Made by a program: the position numbers and the translations under genes. The notes beneath the pieces are model-generated. The model had not been told where the DNA came from and made no database searches. It was given only the letters and a program-made list of their open reading frames with translations. Source: a virus (lineage: Duplodnaviria; Heunggongvirae; Uroviricota; Caudoviricetes). From it: DNA of 62,539 nucleotides. Positions 31,067 through 41,600 of this stretch are shown here, one piece after another. The DNA is taken from the IMG/VR virus record IMGVR_UViG_3300032167_000057, positions 68,886 to 131,424 of that record; one strand, 5' to 3'. The stretch's first letter is position 1. Every line of letters begins with the position of its first letter.

Positions 31067-31536
31067 TGACTAAATATATTAGTTTTGACCAGAGTACAAC
31101 TGCTACTGCTTATTGTATATGGATTGATGGAAAATATTTTCAACACGGAGTTATCAATCTCAAGAAAATCAAAGAGGCAGATTTGAGATTTGACCAAATG
31201 GCTCGGTCTATTATACAATTATTAGAACAGGAAAAGCCACAAGTAATTACTATTGAAGATACCGCCTTACAGACAAATGCTAAAACACTGAAAGATTTGG
31301 CTCAATTACAAGGTGTTATTATGGGTTATTGCTTGGCAAATAATATTAGTTTTACAGTGTATTCGCCAACTAAATGGCGTGCTATTTTACATTTTAAAAC
31401 TGGTAAAGGGGTGAAGCGCCCTGAATTAAAACAGCAGGCAATTGATTATGTGTTAGAAAAATATAATATAACTGCTTCTGAAGATGAATGTGAAGCTATT
31501 GCAATTGGGTCTGCTGTTTTGTTAGAATATCAATAA
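31066..31536 (+). CDS. ruvC: RuvC-like Holliday junction resolvase
   Basis: SFDQSTTATAY, ITIED and EDECEAIAIG acidic motifs. Confidence 0.8.
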   Translation: MTKYISFDQSTTATAYCIWIDGKYFQHGVINLKKIKEADLRFDQMARSIIQLLEQEKPQVITIEDTALQTNAKTLKDLAQLQGVIMGYCLANNISFTVYSPTKWRAILHFKTGKGVKRPELKQQAIDYVLEKYNITASEDECEAIAIGSAVLLEYQ

Positions 31537-31559
31537 AGGATTTAAAGGAAAGAAGGATT

Positions 31560-31766
31560 ATGCGTATGAAAACTGCAAAGATAAATCAATTATTACAAGA
31601 CCAAAATTATAAAGTGGATATTGAGACTTATTTAGATATTTCTGAATCTCCACAAGTATTGTCATGTGTACGAGTAGATGATGAATCTGACCCGTATGAA
31701 TATGAATATGAAGTGCAAACCAAAGATAATTATTTATTCAGATTTAAAGTAATAATTAACCAGTAA
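31560..31766 (+). CDS. small hypothetical protein
   Basis: ORF track; SD. Confidence 0.65.
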   Translation: MRMKTAKINQLLQDQNYKVDIETYLDISESPQVLSCVRVDDESDPYEYEYEVQTKDNYLFRFKVIINQ

Positions 31767-31782
31767 ATAAAACCATTATTTT

Positions 31783-31815
31783 AAACCTCTCTGTTTTATA
31801 ACAGGGAGGTTTTTT
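31783..31815 (+). terminator. intrinsic terminator
   Basis: AAACCTCTCTG-ttttata-CAGGGAGGTTT-TTT. Confidence 0.75.
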
Positions 31816-31851
31816 ATTGTAAAAAATAAGGATATAAAGGAGTTTATAATT

Positions 31852-32412
31852 ATGACAATTGATAAATTAATCGAAATTGGAAATAAAGATGTTAAGTCTC
31901 TTGAAGATGCAAAATCTGTGTTGGCAAAAGAAATTAAAATCACACCGTATGTTGGTTATGCTACAAAATGTGCTATGGCAGATAATATTGTGCGACAGTG
32001 CGGATATAAAGATGGACAACTTTACATAGATTCTGCAAAGCGCTATTACTTCCATATGTTAACACTTATTATGTTATATACAAATATTGAATTAGATATG
32101 GAACACGGTGTTGCTGAATATGACAGATTAAAAGAGACAGGATTATTAGAAGCAATTATTAGCTTGATTCCTCAAAGTGAAGTGCAAGAATTTTCTATGA
32201 TTTTATCTATGAAGATGGAAGATTTTATGACAAATGAGTACAGCGCTCAATCGTTTATTGGTACTCAGTTGGAAAATATGTCGCTTATTTTTTCTACTGC
32301 TCTCGCTTCTGGATTGGAACAAGTTGCAGAAAAATTAAATAACATTGACAATAAGACTTTGGAACAGTTTGTACAAAAAGCTGTAAAACTAACAAACAAA
32401 GTTAAGAAATAA
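31852..32412 (+). CDS. hypothetical protein, possible tail assembly chaperone
   Basis: Helical protein upstream of TMP; chaperone call is positional. Confidence 0.5.
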   Translation: MTIDKLIEIGNKDVKSLEDAKSVLAKEIKITPYVGYATKCAMADNIVRQCGYKDGQLYIDSAKRYYFHMLTLIMLYTNIELDMEHGVAEYDRLKETGLLEAIISLIPQSEVQEFSMILSMKMEDFMTNEYSAQSFIGTQLENMSLIFSTALASGLEQVAEKLNNIDNKTLEQFVQKAVKLTNKVKK

Positions 32413-32438
32413 ATATAAACGGATAAAGGGGTGAGGGA

Positions 32439-33086
32439 GTGAGTACAAAATTAAATATTGTAACTAAGGCTACGGATAAGTATTATACCAGTTTTAGGGA
32501 ATCAATGAAGCGCGAATTTCTTAAACAGGCCCAAAAGGCTAAACATGCAATTACTGAAGAATTATCCAATCGTGTTGCTAATTATGTGCGAGATGAAGCT
32601 GCTAAAATGTACGAACAAATCATATATGATTATTATATGGATTATACCCCTTCTGTTTATCAACGAACATATAATTTACAAACATATCATCAAACTATTG
32701 ATGGCCAAACATATCTCGATACATTTATTCCACCAATTATAACTCATATTAATACAGGTTATGCTATTAAATTTAGAAAATGGTATACCAGCGTTTCAAT
32801 GCGCCCATATCATGTGACAACCAAATGGCAAAAACGGCATGTTACTCCAGAAAATGTATTAAATACGGTTATGGATGGAATTAGAGGTATTGACTATCAA
32901 TTATGGAAACCAACTGAAGCAAGAGCTTTTACAGATACTGCTTCTCCATTTACCTTTCGTGGTACACCAAACGATATGTTTCAAAAATTTGAAAGACATG
33001 TGGGTTTATATTTTGAACGTTACATGATTGCAGAATATTATGCTCACGAGTCGGTGTACGACAAAATATGGAATAAATATCTATAG
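32439..33086 (+). CDS. hypothetical protein
   Basis: ORF track; directly upstream of TMP. Confidence 0.7.
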   Translation: MSTKLNIVTKATDKYYTSFRESMKREFLKQAQKAKHAITEELSNRVANYVRDEAAKMYEQIIYDYYMDYTPSVYQRTYNLQTYHQTIDGQTYLDTFIPPIITHINTGYAIKFRKWYTSVSMRPYHVTTKWQKRHVTPENVLNTVMDGIRGIDYQLWKPTEARAFTDTASPFTFRGTPNDMFQKFERHVGLYFERYMIAEYYAHESVYDKIWNKYL

Positions 33087-33101
33087 AAAGGAAGTGGTTA
33101 A

Positions 33102-35459
33102 ATGTCTACAACAATAGGCCCTAGTGGTGGTTTTGATAAAGCGTTAGATGATATTTTGGGTAAGAAATTTGACCAATCATTTGATAAATTTATAAAGAAA
33201 CAGGCTCAAAAAGAATATACTGTGCCTACCAATATCAATGTTCGTCTTGTAGACAATATTGAAAAAGTACTTGAAGAAGAACGTAAAGAAATTGATGCTC
33301 AGATTCAACACTTTAAGAAAACTATTCAGTCAAATATTAATTCTTATACAAGACACGCTGGTTCGTTGCCACAATCTGTAAATAGATGGATGGGGCGGCA
33401 AAGCAATCAAGAGGATTTACGCAAATCAATAGCTCAAGAATCTGAAGCAGTCTACGGTAGAGCAACACATTATAAACATGATAATTTAAATGCGGAATTA
33501 AAAGCCGCTATTGAAGAACGTACTAAATTAATACGTTATTTACAAGCTCAAGACGACCAGATAAATAATATTAATTATGCTGGTAAAACGACTAAAGGAC
33601 AAATCGCAAAGGCGGCCGCTGAAGAAGAAGAAGCTTTAAACCGCAAATATTTAGCGATTCAGAGAATATATGAAATCGAGCAAAAATATCGTAAACAGTT
33701 ACATGCAAATGACCGACATGCTTTAGGTGTTGAACAATATCAAGCTGGTAGGCAGTCTATTGAACAATACCGTGGTCAAGCGGCACAACATGGTGTCAGT
33801 GCTTATGAGGCTTTGCTCAAATCTAGAGTGGATAGTGCGCAAGGAATGTTTACTCAGTTAGCGCCTCATTTACAGGCCGCTGAGTCTGATGCAGAACGTG
33901 GTCAAATATTGGCTGATTTTAAACAGGGTGTTGAAACTGCAAATTCATTAAGTAAACAAGCACTTGATGGTTTATCTGCTGTTGCAAAAGGTATTGCTCA
34001 AGTTCAAATACCTGACGAAGTAATTGATACTGAAGCAGTAAATATTAGTACAGATGAAATTCAAGAATCTATGCAGGCTACTACTGCTACAGAACAGAAT
34101 ACACAAGCAATAAAAGAGAATATTGAAGCTAAACAAAAGTTAGATTCTCAAGAAGATGAATTAATTGCTGACCAATCGGCTTTAAAATCTGCTATTGATT
34201 CGGCCACTAAAGAATTACAAGACCAAGGACAAGAATTGGCCAATACTGCTCAACAATATAAAAAGGTTGGAGATGCGGCTGATGAAGCGAATTCTAGCAT
34301 ATTGAAACAGACCAAAAAAAGCTCTAGGTCTGGTAATGGGACAGGCGGTGGGTCTGGTTCTGGTAGTACTGGTAAAAAAGAATTAAGTGATAAACAGAAA
34401 TATCTTGCGTTGGTTTCTAAAGAAACGCGTGAGTTAAAGAATTTATTACGTTTAAAAGTAGAATTGGCGAACACTTCTTCTACTGATAAAAATACAATTA
34501 AGACATATGAAAAATTAATAGATTTTTCTGAACAACGTCGTACTGTTTTACGAGCAGAGGGTCAAGCATTATTAGCTAATGTTGATGCAGAGGAACAAGA
34601 AAATTTAGCTCTGCAACGTAAAGCAAAATTACAAGAAGCTTCGATTTCTTATACTCAAAAACTAGCATTAATATCTGCCAAAAAAGAAGATAAATCTATC
34701 AATGCCGCTAATGCTGAATTGGATAAAGCTTTAAAAAAGCAACAACGGTTTGGCACAGTAGTTAAACAGCAAATTGATAATTATCAGATGGCGGCAGATG
34801 CAATACAAGAATTATTATCGACACAAAAATTATTGGGTAGTCCAAGTATTGATACCGCAAAATTAAATTCTGAAGGTATTGCTACTTTTACCCATAAAGT
34901 AAAAACTTCAAGTAACGAAGTACAGACTTGGGCCTTTACTTGGGACGCGGCCACTGGTCAAATATATCAAAACACAAAACGAATTACCACTGTTGGTAGT
35001 AGATTAGAAAAATTCATGGATAGTCTCCGAGGCAAATTTACTGCTTTGGGGACTTATTTATTGAGTTTCGCAAGTTTTTATGATATTGTAAACGCTTTTC
35101 GGTCAGGTATTACAACTATACGTGAGTTGAATACCGAATTAGGTAATATGCGAAAAGTAGCAGATGAATCATTGTCTGTTTTGCAAGAATATCAACTAGC
35201 GGCTCATGATATAGCTTTTGAATTAGCTTCTACTTCTAAACAGGTAATGAGTTCAACCACAGACTTCTTACGTCTTGGCTATTCGTTACAAGAGGCAGCT
35301 TCACTTGCTCAAGATGCTAACATTTATGCAAATGTTGGTGATATGCAAATAGATGAAGCCACTGAACATATGATTTCATCTGTTCAAGCTTGGAAAAGTG
35401 AATTTAACAGTGCTGTTGAAGCATCAACTGCTTTGATTGATAAGTATAATGAAGTGGGT
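33102..35459 (+). CDS. tape measure protein, exon 1 (786 codons)
   Basis: Helical Ala/Gln/Lys-rich; TP901-type core LRLGYSLQEA...IDKYNEVG. Confidence 0.88.
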
Positions 35460-36930
35460 AAACAAATTATTGCCCAAACATACAGTAATGTATGGTGCTA
35501 CTTAATAGTGGCATAGTAGATAACTATATCGGTTAAAAAATGGGGACATTTTAGACCGAGGAAAGACTTAATGTTTACTATCGTCAAAGGGAGGCGATAG
35601 TTATTTCAAAAAAATTAGATTTAACAAATCAAAAATTTGGTAAATTGTTAGTCATTGAAAAAACAAAATCTCCTAATAAAAAACATAAAAGAATATATTG
35701 GTTGTGCCAATGCAATTGTGGAAATACATATGTTACAGATACTACTTCTTTAACTTCTGGTGCTACAACTCAGTGTTTAGAATGCGCTCATAACGCATCT
35801 GGTATCGGTAGAAGAAAAGATTTAACTGGACAAAAATTTGGTCATTTAACTGTTGTAAAAATGTTATATAATTACAACAATACTAAACGAACCAAATGTT
35901 TGTGTGATTGTGATTGCGGTACGATTAACCATTTAACTTCTCCAGATTCATTGGCTCGTGCAACAGAAAATACATCTTGTGGATGTCAAAAAGCAAATTA
36001 TGTTAGAAAATATTGTGCGCGTGACATAGATGGACAACGTTTTGGAAAATTGATTGTATTAGAAACGATTTGGGATAATGGAAAACCTAAAGTACGTTGC
36101 AAATGTGACTGTGGTAATGAAATTATATTAAACAAAAATGATGTACAAAGTGGTCACACATTATCTTGTGGATGTTTACATAAAGAAGTTACATCAAAAA
36201 CAAATACAAAAGATTGGACTAATATCGTTTCTGATTATGGAGTAGAATTTATTAGTCAATCTAGACAGAATAAAGCTGGACAGTGGTTATGGTATTGTAA
36301 ATGTCCTATTTGCAATGATATATTTGAAGCTTTGCCAGCAAAAATTATGGGAGGTCATACTACATCATGTGGATGTAAAATTCAATCATCAGGTGAAAGA
36401 TTAATAAAAAAGACTTTAGATGAATTGAATATAAAATATATCCAACAATATAGTTTTAATGACAACGTATATAAATATAAATTAAAATTCGACTTCGCAT
36501 TATTAAATGATAATGACGAAGTTTTTTGTTTGCTTGAATATGATGGTAGACAACATTATGATTCAATTGAATTTTTTGGTGGAGAAGAACAATTTATAGA
36601 AACTCAAAAAAGAGATTTAATTAAAGATGAATATTGTAAAAATAATAAATTATTATTAATACGTTTACCTTATTATTTAACAACAGATGAAATTCAAGAA
36701 AAGATAGTAAACATTATTTATCCGTAACGACTACAGGGTATATATGGTAACATATGTACTGAAGTTATCCACCCTACTCTTCTGTTTATGAAGATAAGAG
36801 GGTGTAATATATAGTCTGGACTCACGCTATAATCTAACAAAATATGAAACGTGAGAGTTAGCCAGAAATGACTAACCGCTATATTTATATATAGTCAGTA
36901 ACTTAGAATATAAGTGAAAGTAACAGAACG
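35460..36930 (+). mobile_element. group I intron 1 in TMP gene, with endonuclease ORF
   Basis: P1 GGGU/GCCC(35472); P10 AAUUAUU/AACAAUU; P7 GACTA(36729)/TAGTC(36812); ends in G; joined frame DKYNEVG|NNYAITSADIG. Confidence 0.92.
35603..36727 (+). CDS. intron-encoded putative homing endonuclease (CxCxCG repeats plus Vsr/DUF559-like nuclease domain)
   Basis: Repeated DLTGQKFG.L.V...CxCDCG units; C-terminal KFDFA...EYDGRQH; likely ATT start after GGGAGG. Confidence 0.8.
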   Translation: MSKKLDLTNQKFGKLLVIEKTKSPNKKHKRIYWLCQCNCGNTYVTDTTSLTSGATTQCLECAHNASGIGRRKDLTGQKFGHLTVVKMLYNYNNTKRTKCLCDCDCGTINHLTSPDSLARATENTSCGCQKANYVRKYCARDIDGQRFGKLIVLETIWDNGKPKVRCKCDCGNEIILNKNDVQSGHTLSCGCLHKEVTSKTNTKDWTNIVSDYGVEFISQSRQNKAGQWLWYCKCPICNDIFEALPAKIMGGHTTSCGCKIQSSGERLIKKTLDELNIKYIQQYSFNDNVYKYKLKFDFALLNDNDEVFCLLEYDGRQHYDSIEFFGGEEQFIETQKRDLIKDEYCKNNKLLLIRLPYYLTTDEIQEKIVNIIYP

Positions 36931-37641
36931 AACAATTATGCAATTACTTCAGCAGATATCGGTTCAGCCATGGAACGTTCTGCTGCCGCTTTAAAAGCTG
37001 GTGGTAATACACTTAACGAATCAATTGCGTTAATTACTGCTGGTAACCTTATACAACAAGATGCTGATACTACTGCGAATGCTTTAAAGGTTATGTCACT
37101 GAGAATTCGTGGCAGTAAAGCAGAATTAGAAGCCATGGGCGAAGAAACTGATACTCTTGCTGATTCTACTTCTAAACTGCGTGATGAAATTAAAGCATTA
37201 ACTGGTGTAGATATTATGCTGGATGATGATACGTATAAATCAACCACACGTATTATTCAAGAAATTGGTGCAGTTTTTGATAAACTTACTGATGTTTCTC
37301 AGGCTACAGTTTTGGAAAAACTTGCGGGCAAGACACGTTCATCAACAGTAGCTGGTTTGCTTGAGAATTATGAAGTTATTGCTCAGGTAATGGAAACAGC
37401 AGCTAATGCTGAAGGTTCGGCCCAAGAAGAAATGAGCCGATATATGGAAACAATTGATGCTCACTATAATCAACTATTGACAAAATGGGCTCAATTTTGG
37501 GATGTTACCTTAGACACCGATGCAGTTATTGCCATTATAGATGCTTTAACCAATTTGTTGGATAAAGGTATTGAGGCTGGTGGTTTATTAGGTATATTAG
37601 GCGATTTGCTTCCAGCTTTGGCGATATTTAAAGGCAGCGGT
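36931..37641 (+). CDS. tape measure protein, exon 2 (237 codons)
   Basis: In frame with exon 1; TALKVMSLRIRG and EKLAGK TMP-core motifs. Confidence 0.85.
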
Positions 37642-38051
37642 AGACCTAAAATGTTTGGTCTCAAATATGCCGCTATTATTATGTGCCCTTATAGATATAT
37701 AAGTTTTCATAATAAGCTTATTGAAATACAATAAGTAAAAATGCTCGATATGGTCTGAATAGACTTGTGTTTATAATTACACAACTGGGAAGCGGGTTAA
37801 AATTATAGTACTCTCCTATTTCAGTGATGGAATAAGGTTCGTGAAAATCTATAATCTCTCGTGGTCAGCAGGTAAGCTTCTCTCTGAGAAGAAACCCCAC
37901 TGTAATGAAATGGGCATTACACATTAGATGAAACGCTGTGTGTAAAATAGACATTCGAAACTACACCAAGCACGATGGTTAATTATAAGTAGGAATCTAT
38001 CTTCTACTTTCGTGTGTGCGAAACTTGTTTTACTCAAGTCGATAGAAAAGT

Positions 38052-38081
38052 AAAAAAAGACACCGTGTTGTACAGTGTCTT
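38052..38081 (-). terminator. terminator of antisense cargo gene
   Basis: Minus strand GACAC-tgtacaacacg-GTGTC-T7, 16 nt after cargo stop. Confidence 0.7.
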
Positions 38082-38097
38082 AATTATTGATATATAC

Positions 38098-38604
38098 TTA
38101 GAAATTACTTCCGCATTTATTACAATGCCATTGTTTACCGATTTTACCACTACCAAAACCAAACAAACTAAATGAAGTCGCTCGTCCAACCATAGAAATC
38201 TTCTTAGTATCTTTTGATTTACAATATGGACATTCTGCTGAGTCTGGAATAAATTGTGCCAATGCTTGCAAGGATTGGGTCATTCCTTCTCTTTCAGGTA
38301 TATATTCTCTTGGTACTTCTTTGTTATCTACGATTTCAGAAATTAAGTGTATTACATCAAAAATATCTAGTTCTATTACTGAATGAATTTTTGCTTCTAT
38401 TTTATCAGTATTTTCTGAAGAAGATTGACCATGTTTTAATATAAATGCAAATTCATCAGTTAAATCAAAATCAACCCCTTTAATATTACAAATGGTATTT
38501 TTATTTTTAACAAGTAAACGTATTAATGGATATCCACAATGAACACAATTTTCAGTTTGGTCAGAAATTTCTTTTTTACATTCTGGGCATATAATTAAAC
38601 TCAT
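38098..38604 (-). CDS. double zinc-ribbon protein, antisense within TMP intron 2
   Basis: CPEC..CVHCG N-terminus; CPYC...CNKCG C-terminus flanking a Gly-rich hydrophobic patch; SD AAGGTGG. Confidence 0.85.
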   Translation of the reverse strand: MSLIICPECKKEISDQTENCVHCGYPLIRLLVKNKNTICNIKGVDFDLTDEFAFILKHGQSSSENTDKIEAKIHSVIELDIFDVIHLISEIVDNKEVPREYIPEREGMTQSLQALAQFIPDSAECPYCKSKDTKKISMVGRATSFSLFGFGSGKIGKQWHCNKCGSNF

Positions 38605-38632
38605 ATACTATTACCACCTTATTTTTATGTTT

Positions 38633-38662
38633 AATATACCACATTTTTAAAGTGTTTCGCAA
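38633..38662 (-). promoter_or_regulatory. sigmaA-type promoter of cargo gene
   Basis: Minus strand TTGCGA-18 nt-TATATT with TGn extended -10. Confidence 0.6.
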
Positions 38663-38680
38663 CTTTAAATATATAGTTTG

Positions 38681-41600
38681 ATATTACGAATAATAAACGG
38701 ATTAAAAGACTCAGGTTTGAGTGGTAATATTGTCAAACTTGGTCAGGAATTTCAAAAATCGGGTAAATCCGCAGAATATTTAGCAGATGTTACAGGATTA
38801 ACAGTTGAGCAAGTTACCAAATTAACTAAGCTAAAACCTAATTTAGTTTCTTTTGGAAAAACTTTAGGTACAATAGCTGTTGCATATGTAGCTATGTGGA
38901 CAGCATCAAAAGTTTGGGATGCTGTTAATACTACTGTTGACGAAGCCCAAGAAAAAATTGATAATGTTAATTCTAAAATTTCTACGCTTAATAAGGAAAT
39001 TCAAAAGTTAGAAAGTATTGGTTACCGTAACGAGGCTCAAAATAATCGTTTAAATGCTTTGCAAAGAGAATTGGAGTTGCAAGAAAGTTTATTAGCGATT
39101 GAACAAAAACGATATTATCAAGAATTAACTGGAAATCAATTTACTGATAAATTTGATTCAGATAATTTATACACCAAATATTATCAAGAAGCGCCTTATC
39201 TCACTGATGGTTTTGCTGAACAGAATGAAGTTGGAATGATGAAACAACGTTATTCTGTTAATGAGCATAAAATTGCAGAATATGATGAGAAAATTGTCAG
39301 CACTGCTAATGATAATAAGAAAGCTAAATTAATTGAAAAACGAAACAAACTGTTAGAGAAACAAGTTGATTTAGCTGGTCAATTAGCAGAAAAAGAAGTA
39401 GAATATCTTGATTATTATACACAAGCTCAAGAAGCAGTTGATAGTGGCCTATTATATGGTAGTGATTTAGAAGATGCTAAAGAATTAGCTTCTTTATGGA
39501 AAGCGGCTTATGAAGATATCAGTTCAATTAGCACTGAAATTCAAAAAGCCAATGATACTTTTGATTATTCTGCTCAGATAGCTGGTATTTTAGGTAAAGT
39601 TGATTATAAAGATTTAAAAGACCCATTAATAGAATTAGCGAAAAATGGTGATTTATCGGTCAACTTACTTGAAACTGAGTATACAGCTTTGACAGAAGCG
39701 TTAGAAGCTGCTGGTATTGAAGCGTCTGAATTATATTATTATTTATTAAATTTAGCTGACCCTCAAATGGCTCAGCGTACTAAAGATATTGCCGCTTTAA
39801 ACACACGTGTTGGTATAGATAGTAATATTGATAGTGCTGGTGAAGCGCAAGCCCATTCTTTATTATATAATGCTGGTGCTTATACTGATGAAGGGTTAAC
39901 CGCATGGGCAACAATTCAAACAGAAATTGATACTTCTAATTGGACTGTTGAAGATATTGCTGCTGCCATCCAAGAAAAACTGGACGGACAGGTTATCGAA
40001 CCCGAAATCAATGTTACGCCTACTATTACTTCTTCTGTTCAAGAAATTGCAAAACAGCTTGAACCGCAAATGTCGGCTTTGGAGGAAGTATATAATTCTA
40101 TCTTCAATGGTGAAGGTGGTTTTAATGCTGATATAATTGACCATTCTATGATGGCTAATTTAGAAGCATCCTTTAATCAACTTGAGGAAGATTTGGGAGT
40201 CACTTTTGATTCACAAGCGCTTGAAGATTTCTTTAGGGTTCTGGGTGATGGTGTTTATACTGCCGATGAAGCTCAAAATGCTTTCAATGATTTAGCAACG
40301 GCTTGGTTTTATAGCACAGACGTTTTAGACCATTTGAGCAAAGAAACTGCTGGTGCTATTACACAACAGTTAGAATTAATGGGTGTAACTAATGCTGCTG
40401 AAGTGGTACAAACCCAATTAAACAATATAACAGCAGAAAAGAAATATGCTGCTCAAGTAGGTAAAGAATTAGCAGAGGCTACTTATTCAGAAGCTTATGC
40501 TTTTATTTCTGATGAAATTGCTCTTGGTAATGCAGATAAGAGTTTATATACTTATTATTTAACAAAACTAGCTGTTAATGGTGCTACGGTTAATACAATA
40601 GATGATTGCCGAAATGTATTGGCATTAGCTAACGCGGCTGATATTTCTGGTGAGGCACTTGATCAACTTGCTTCTTTGATGGCTTCCTATGATAAAGCAA
40701 TGGCACAAGGTAATTATACCGGTGCTACTGTTATTGCTAATGAAATTAATAAAATGAAAGCTAAAGTTGATGCGGAAATTGCCAACTTTAAACCTACTGA
40801 AATTAATTGGTCTCCTGTTGTTGATTCCGCTGGTAAAGCAGGTAAAGATGCTGGTGAAGAACTTAAAGACCAGTTAGAACAGGAACTTAATGACCTAGAT
40901 TCAGTTATTAGTTCTGTAACCAATATTATTGGTGATAGAATTGATGATTTACAGAATCAAATGGATGCAGCTATTGATGCATTAGAAGCAGAACGTGACG
41001 CGGCAATTGAGGCTTTAGAAGATGAGAAAAAGGCTCTTGAAGACGCAGTAAAAGCAAAACAAGACCAGATAGATGCTATTCGTGAAGCTCGTGAAGAAAG
41101 GTCTGCTGAACTAGATTTACAACGCAAGGAATATGAACTAGAACGTTTACAGAATCAAAGAACACTTTTAATCTATAGTGACTCTAAAGGTTTTCATTAC
41201 GAGAACGATTCTAAGGAAGTAAGAGATGCTAAAGAAGCTGTTGATGAAGCTAAAGAAGAAATTGAAATTCTTAAAATTGAAAAAGAAATTTCTGCTTTGG
41301 AAGATTCCATAGATAACATTGATGATAAAATCGAAGAAGTCAATGACCACTATGATAAACTTATTGAACAAACCGAGCAATACTGGCAATCTCTCATTGA
41401 TAGCCTAGAGGCATATAAATCACGTTGGGAAGAATTAGCAGAACTTAAAGAGCAAGCCGAATTCCAAAGACAATTAGAAGAACTTGGTTTATCTTCTGTT
41501 GATATTCTCAATATGAGTGAAGAGGCTTTCCAATCATTTAAGACACAATATTCAGAAGCTCTTAACGCTTATTTAGCCGCTTCAGGTGCTACGGAAGAAG

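Larger units (their letters stand above)
37642..38680 (+). mobile_element. group I-like intron 2 in TMP gene, with antisense cargo gene (3' end uncertain)
   Basis: P1 AGCGGU/GCCGCU(37669) with U.G pair; P10 AAUAU/AUAUU in register; AACTGGGAA and TCAGCAGGTAAG shared with other introns here; in-frame terminal G; no canonical P7 found. Confidence 0.75.

Noticed and set aside
37642-37734. C-terminal tail RPKMFGLKYAA... of track ORF 36970..37734 as real protein
   Set aside because: It is read-through into the P1 hairpin of intron 2
37642-38680. IStron or insertion sequence
   Set aside because: No transposase or TnpB-like ORF and no terminal inverted repeats
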